Source: Callorhinchus milii (Eukaryota). Taken from it: DNA of 64,000 bases. A program made the translations under genes and the position numbers. Where the stretch lies: assembly GCF_018977255.1 (NCBI RefSeq), contig NW_024704743.1, positions 99,946,001 through 100,010,000 of the forward strand. Direction: 5' to 3'. The notes under the pieces were generated by a model. It was not told the origin of the DNA, did not search any database, and saw only the letters and a program-made list of their open reading frames with translations. The number at the start of each line of letters is the position of its first letter. The first letter of the stretch is position 1. Below are positions 61,400 to 64,000 of the stretch, piece by piece.

Positions 61400-61870
61400 A
61401 TTGGTTTTGATGTTATTTAATTTCTCACTCAATCCCGGACAATGGCCAATTGTTTCCTTTCACTTGCGTTCACACCAGGCTGCAGTGGGTTAAAAATCGC
61501 TAAAAGAAACTCTATCCAGGCCCATCCCTCCACAAAGCTTTTTAAAAATATTTGTAATTTTTTTATTACCTGTCCTGAAATTGCGCTTTGTAACTCTGAA
61601 CTTATGTCCACTTGTTCCATTGTCTTGGTGTATCGTAGTTTTGTTCTTGGACTTTCAATCCCATTTAAAATTGTATACACCTCTATAAGGTTATTTCCTT
61701 TCAAAACTGAAGTTTGTCTAGGCCGCTCGTAGCTCATTCCTCTAAACCTGGAGAGAATCCTTGTTTGTCTCCCCTGCAGTTTAAGGCCTGTGTTGTCCTC
61801 TTAAATAGTGGTGACCTGAACTGTAGTCAGAACAGGAATTGTGGTGACCAGCACCTTTGGGATTAAGCCT
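61400..61870 (-). mobile_element. CR1 3' fragment
   Basis: MSYER...LKGNNLIEVYTILNG motif. Confidence 0.75.
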
Positions 61871-62634
61871 GGAAACGTGACAAGTTATCAAGGCTAGCTT
61901 GCAGTTACAGAGAGGCAGAGATGTAACCTAGAAGACAAATCATGTGACCTGTAACCTTGCCTTTAGGTTTTGAGATATTTTAGGTAGATTCAGCGTATTT
62001 TGTGGTAAATAGTCTTAATTTAAAAATAATCTTCCAGCGTGGGGGGCTTCCTCCAGGATATCCTCATTTAAAGACTTACAGGAATCCATCTGCAGCACAT
62101 TATGTTGGTCATAAATCGAGGGACACAAGCCATTTGACAGTGTCTCAACACTTTCTCTTTGACGTATAAGACATTGTGTACATTTGAGACTAAACCAGAT
62201 TGAGATTTTTGGATTAATTGTTGAATATCACAATTCTGGCCATTCCCGCTCTTTTCACACTGACTTCCTCAAAAAGCTTGTCACTCTGCATGTAGCTACA
62301 TTCTTTTTCTAAAACCGTCATTCTTCAATTTTTAATTTTCTCTTTCATTTTTCTCCTCTTGTACCACTTCTCTACTCATGCTGCAGGTAGCCAAGAGAGT
62401 ATATCTGTAGTATATTTACGACATATAACATATTCAATTTAATAATCATATTGAACGTATAATGAAAAGGCAGGATTTCAACTTATCAATATGGATTGCT
62501 TATCCGCTTTCAAAACCCTTCTAAAAACCTCCATTTGCACCTTTTGTCATTACCCTTCTACTGTCACCACACATCCCTCACCCTTCTCAGGCTCCCACTC
62601 CATCTCTGAACATATTAATCTACAAAGGGCCACT

Positions 62635-62990
62635 TTCCATTGATGGATTTGCCATCTTTCAAACGAGACATTAAACTAAGGACCTATCTAGAGGTTTAGG
62701 TTGGCATTAAAGATCTCAAGTCACTATTTGAAATCACTTTCTCTGGGCTCTCCGGGACGCTACCCCGTGTGAATGGTGCTATATAAATGCAAGTTGTTGT
62801 TGTTGAAAAGGGAGTTTCTTACAATAATCCTTGCACTTGCTAACAACAATCCCCCAGATAAAATTTGGCATTCATTTCATGCTGTTTGTGATTGCGTTCA
62901 CCTACAAAATACAGTCATAACAGTAATCCTGTGAAATGCTGTAGCAGCCTCTTGAAGTGAAGGGCACTATGTCAAATGCAAGGATTATTT
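62635..62990 (+). mobile_element. Family B SINE body and tail with an internal L2 tail insert (62745-62805)
   Basis: aaacgagacattaaactaagg...gctgtttgtg...aaatgcaaggatt. Confidence 0.7.
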
Positions 62991-63045
62991 ATTGTTTTCT
63001 GCATACAATACTGTGATAGTAATTATTAATGCATGTTTTAACCAG

Positions 63046-64000
63046 GACCCAAGGACAGGACCGACAGCCAAGAACAGGAAAGTTCATCCACAGAGGGACA
63101 AGGACAGAAAGTTCAACAGCTGGAATATGAGGTCCAGCGCCTTAACCAGGTGCTGGAAAAACTTCAAGCTTCAGTAACAGGAATGAGTGACACTCTGAGA
63201 CACGACGTCCAGGAAGATGCCAGTAAAATGTTTGTGTCGCTATTGAGCAATCTACGACTGCCTGGCAGTGCCATTGGCGTTGAGGCTGTGCATGTTCCAG
63301 GAAGTCAAGACAGAGAAGAGGCTTTTTATCCATTCAAGATGGGTGAAATGATGTCCACAATTACAGAGGTTAAGGATACATTAAAGAGCAAGAGTGATAT
63401 GCTGGATGACCTGCACGGAATGGTGACAGGACATGACGGACAATTGAAACAGCTGATGGAAGCGGCTCAAGCACCTATTTCTACCAGCTCTCCATTTCCC
63501 AGTGGAGACTTGTATCAGGCTTACATTGATAGTAAATTTGAAGCTCTCAGAGATGAGATGATGATGGGCATTGACATGAAATTTGCAGACCTAAAGAATT
63601 CCTGTGAGTACAAGCTGATGTCATTGAAAGAGCAATGTGAAGAAAATGTGTCAAACTGTGAGAAAGTGGAGGAATTGCTCGATGAAAAGGAGATTGCATT
63701 GAGAAAGGAGATCCACGACCTCAGGACCCTCATACAAGAATCACCTAGCAAGTCAAGCTGCTGCGCTTCTATAAACACCTTAAGACAGCAAGTGAGCAAC
63801 ATGGATCGAAGGGTCCACAGAATCGCAGATGCCAACAGAGTATTGAATGCCAGGTTGGATAATGAAGTCAAACGATTCACTGCCGATACTTTGGAGGACT
63901 TATTTGGTGAGAGGTTAGAGGAGATAGATTCCAGGATAAATGTAACAGAGAAGAATGCTGAGGAGCATTGCTTTTACATTGAGGACACTCTGAAAGAACG
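63046..64000 (+). CDS. EMILIN2: EMILIN2 exon 4 (large coiled-coil exon), truncated by the window end
   Basis: accag|GA CCC AAG...; 317 complete open codons to the window end including EVKDTLKSKSD, DLKNSCEYKL, RLDNE, INVTEKNAEEHCFYIE; absent from the ORF track, probably because there is no stop in the window. Confidence 0.96.

Larger units (their letters stand above)
49160..64000 (+). other. EMILIN2: EMILIN2 gene, 5' portion (exons 1-4; exon 4 runs off the window)
   Basis: Signal peptide, EMI domain ([11 protein letters not shown]...LEWRCCPGFKGEDC) and coiled-coil motifs DLKNSCEYKL, LYQAYIDSK, RINVTEKNAEEHCFYIE characteristic of EMILIN-2; adjacent to SMCHD1 as in human. Confidence 0.95.

Noticed and set aside
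63521..63880. 119-aa minus-strand ORF
   Set aside because: Antisense shadow of EMILIN2 exon 4.

Overview
Vertebrate genomic DNA. The repeat content (L2 and CR1 LINEs, Deu-domain and CORE-like tRNA-SINEs, Tx1 and Penelope-like remnants) points to a cartilaginous fish, possibly a chimaera; this is inference. Two spliced + strand genes were reconstructed by hand with consistent exon phases. (1) The last 12 coding exons of SMCHD1 (1255-21518) encode the coiled-coil, SMC hinge and C-terminus, include one GC-AG intron, and are followed by a polyA signal at 21795. (2) The first 4 exons of EMILIN2 (49160 to past 64000) encode the signal peptide, EMI domain and coiled-coil region. This SMCHD1-EMILIN2 order matches human 18p11.32. 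Introns and the ~27 kb intergenic gap are dense with nested retroelements and simple repeats. I found no prokaryote-type system and no intact novel protein family. The best leads are a degenerate minimal hammerhead ribozyme in a Penelope-like remnant, an orphan CpG-rich promoter-like patch with a candidate antisense spliced micro-ORF, a ~370-nt AG-exclusion zone before EMILIN2 exon 2, a near-perfect 64-bp fold-back hairpin, locally templated insertions, and a hybrid CORE/Deu SINE sharing its tail with L2. Repeat boundaries are approximate, and homology calls rest on remembered motifs, not database searches.
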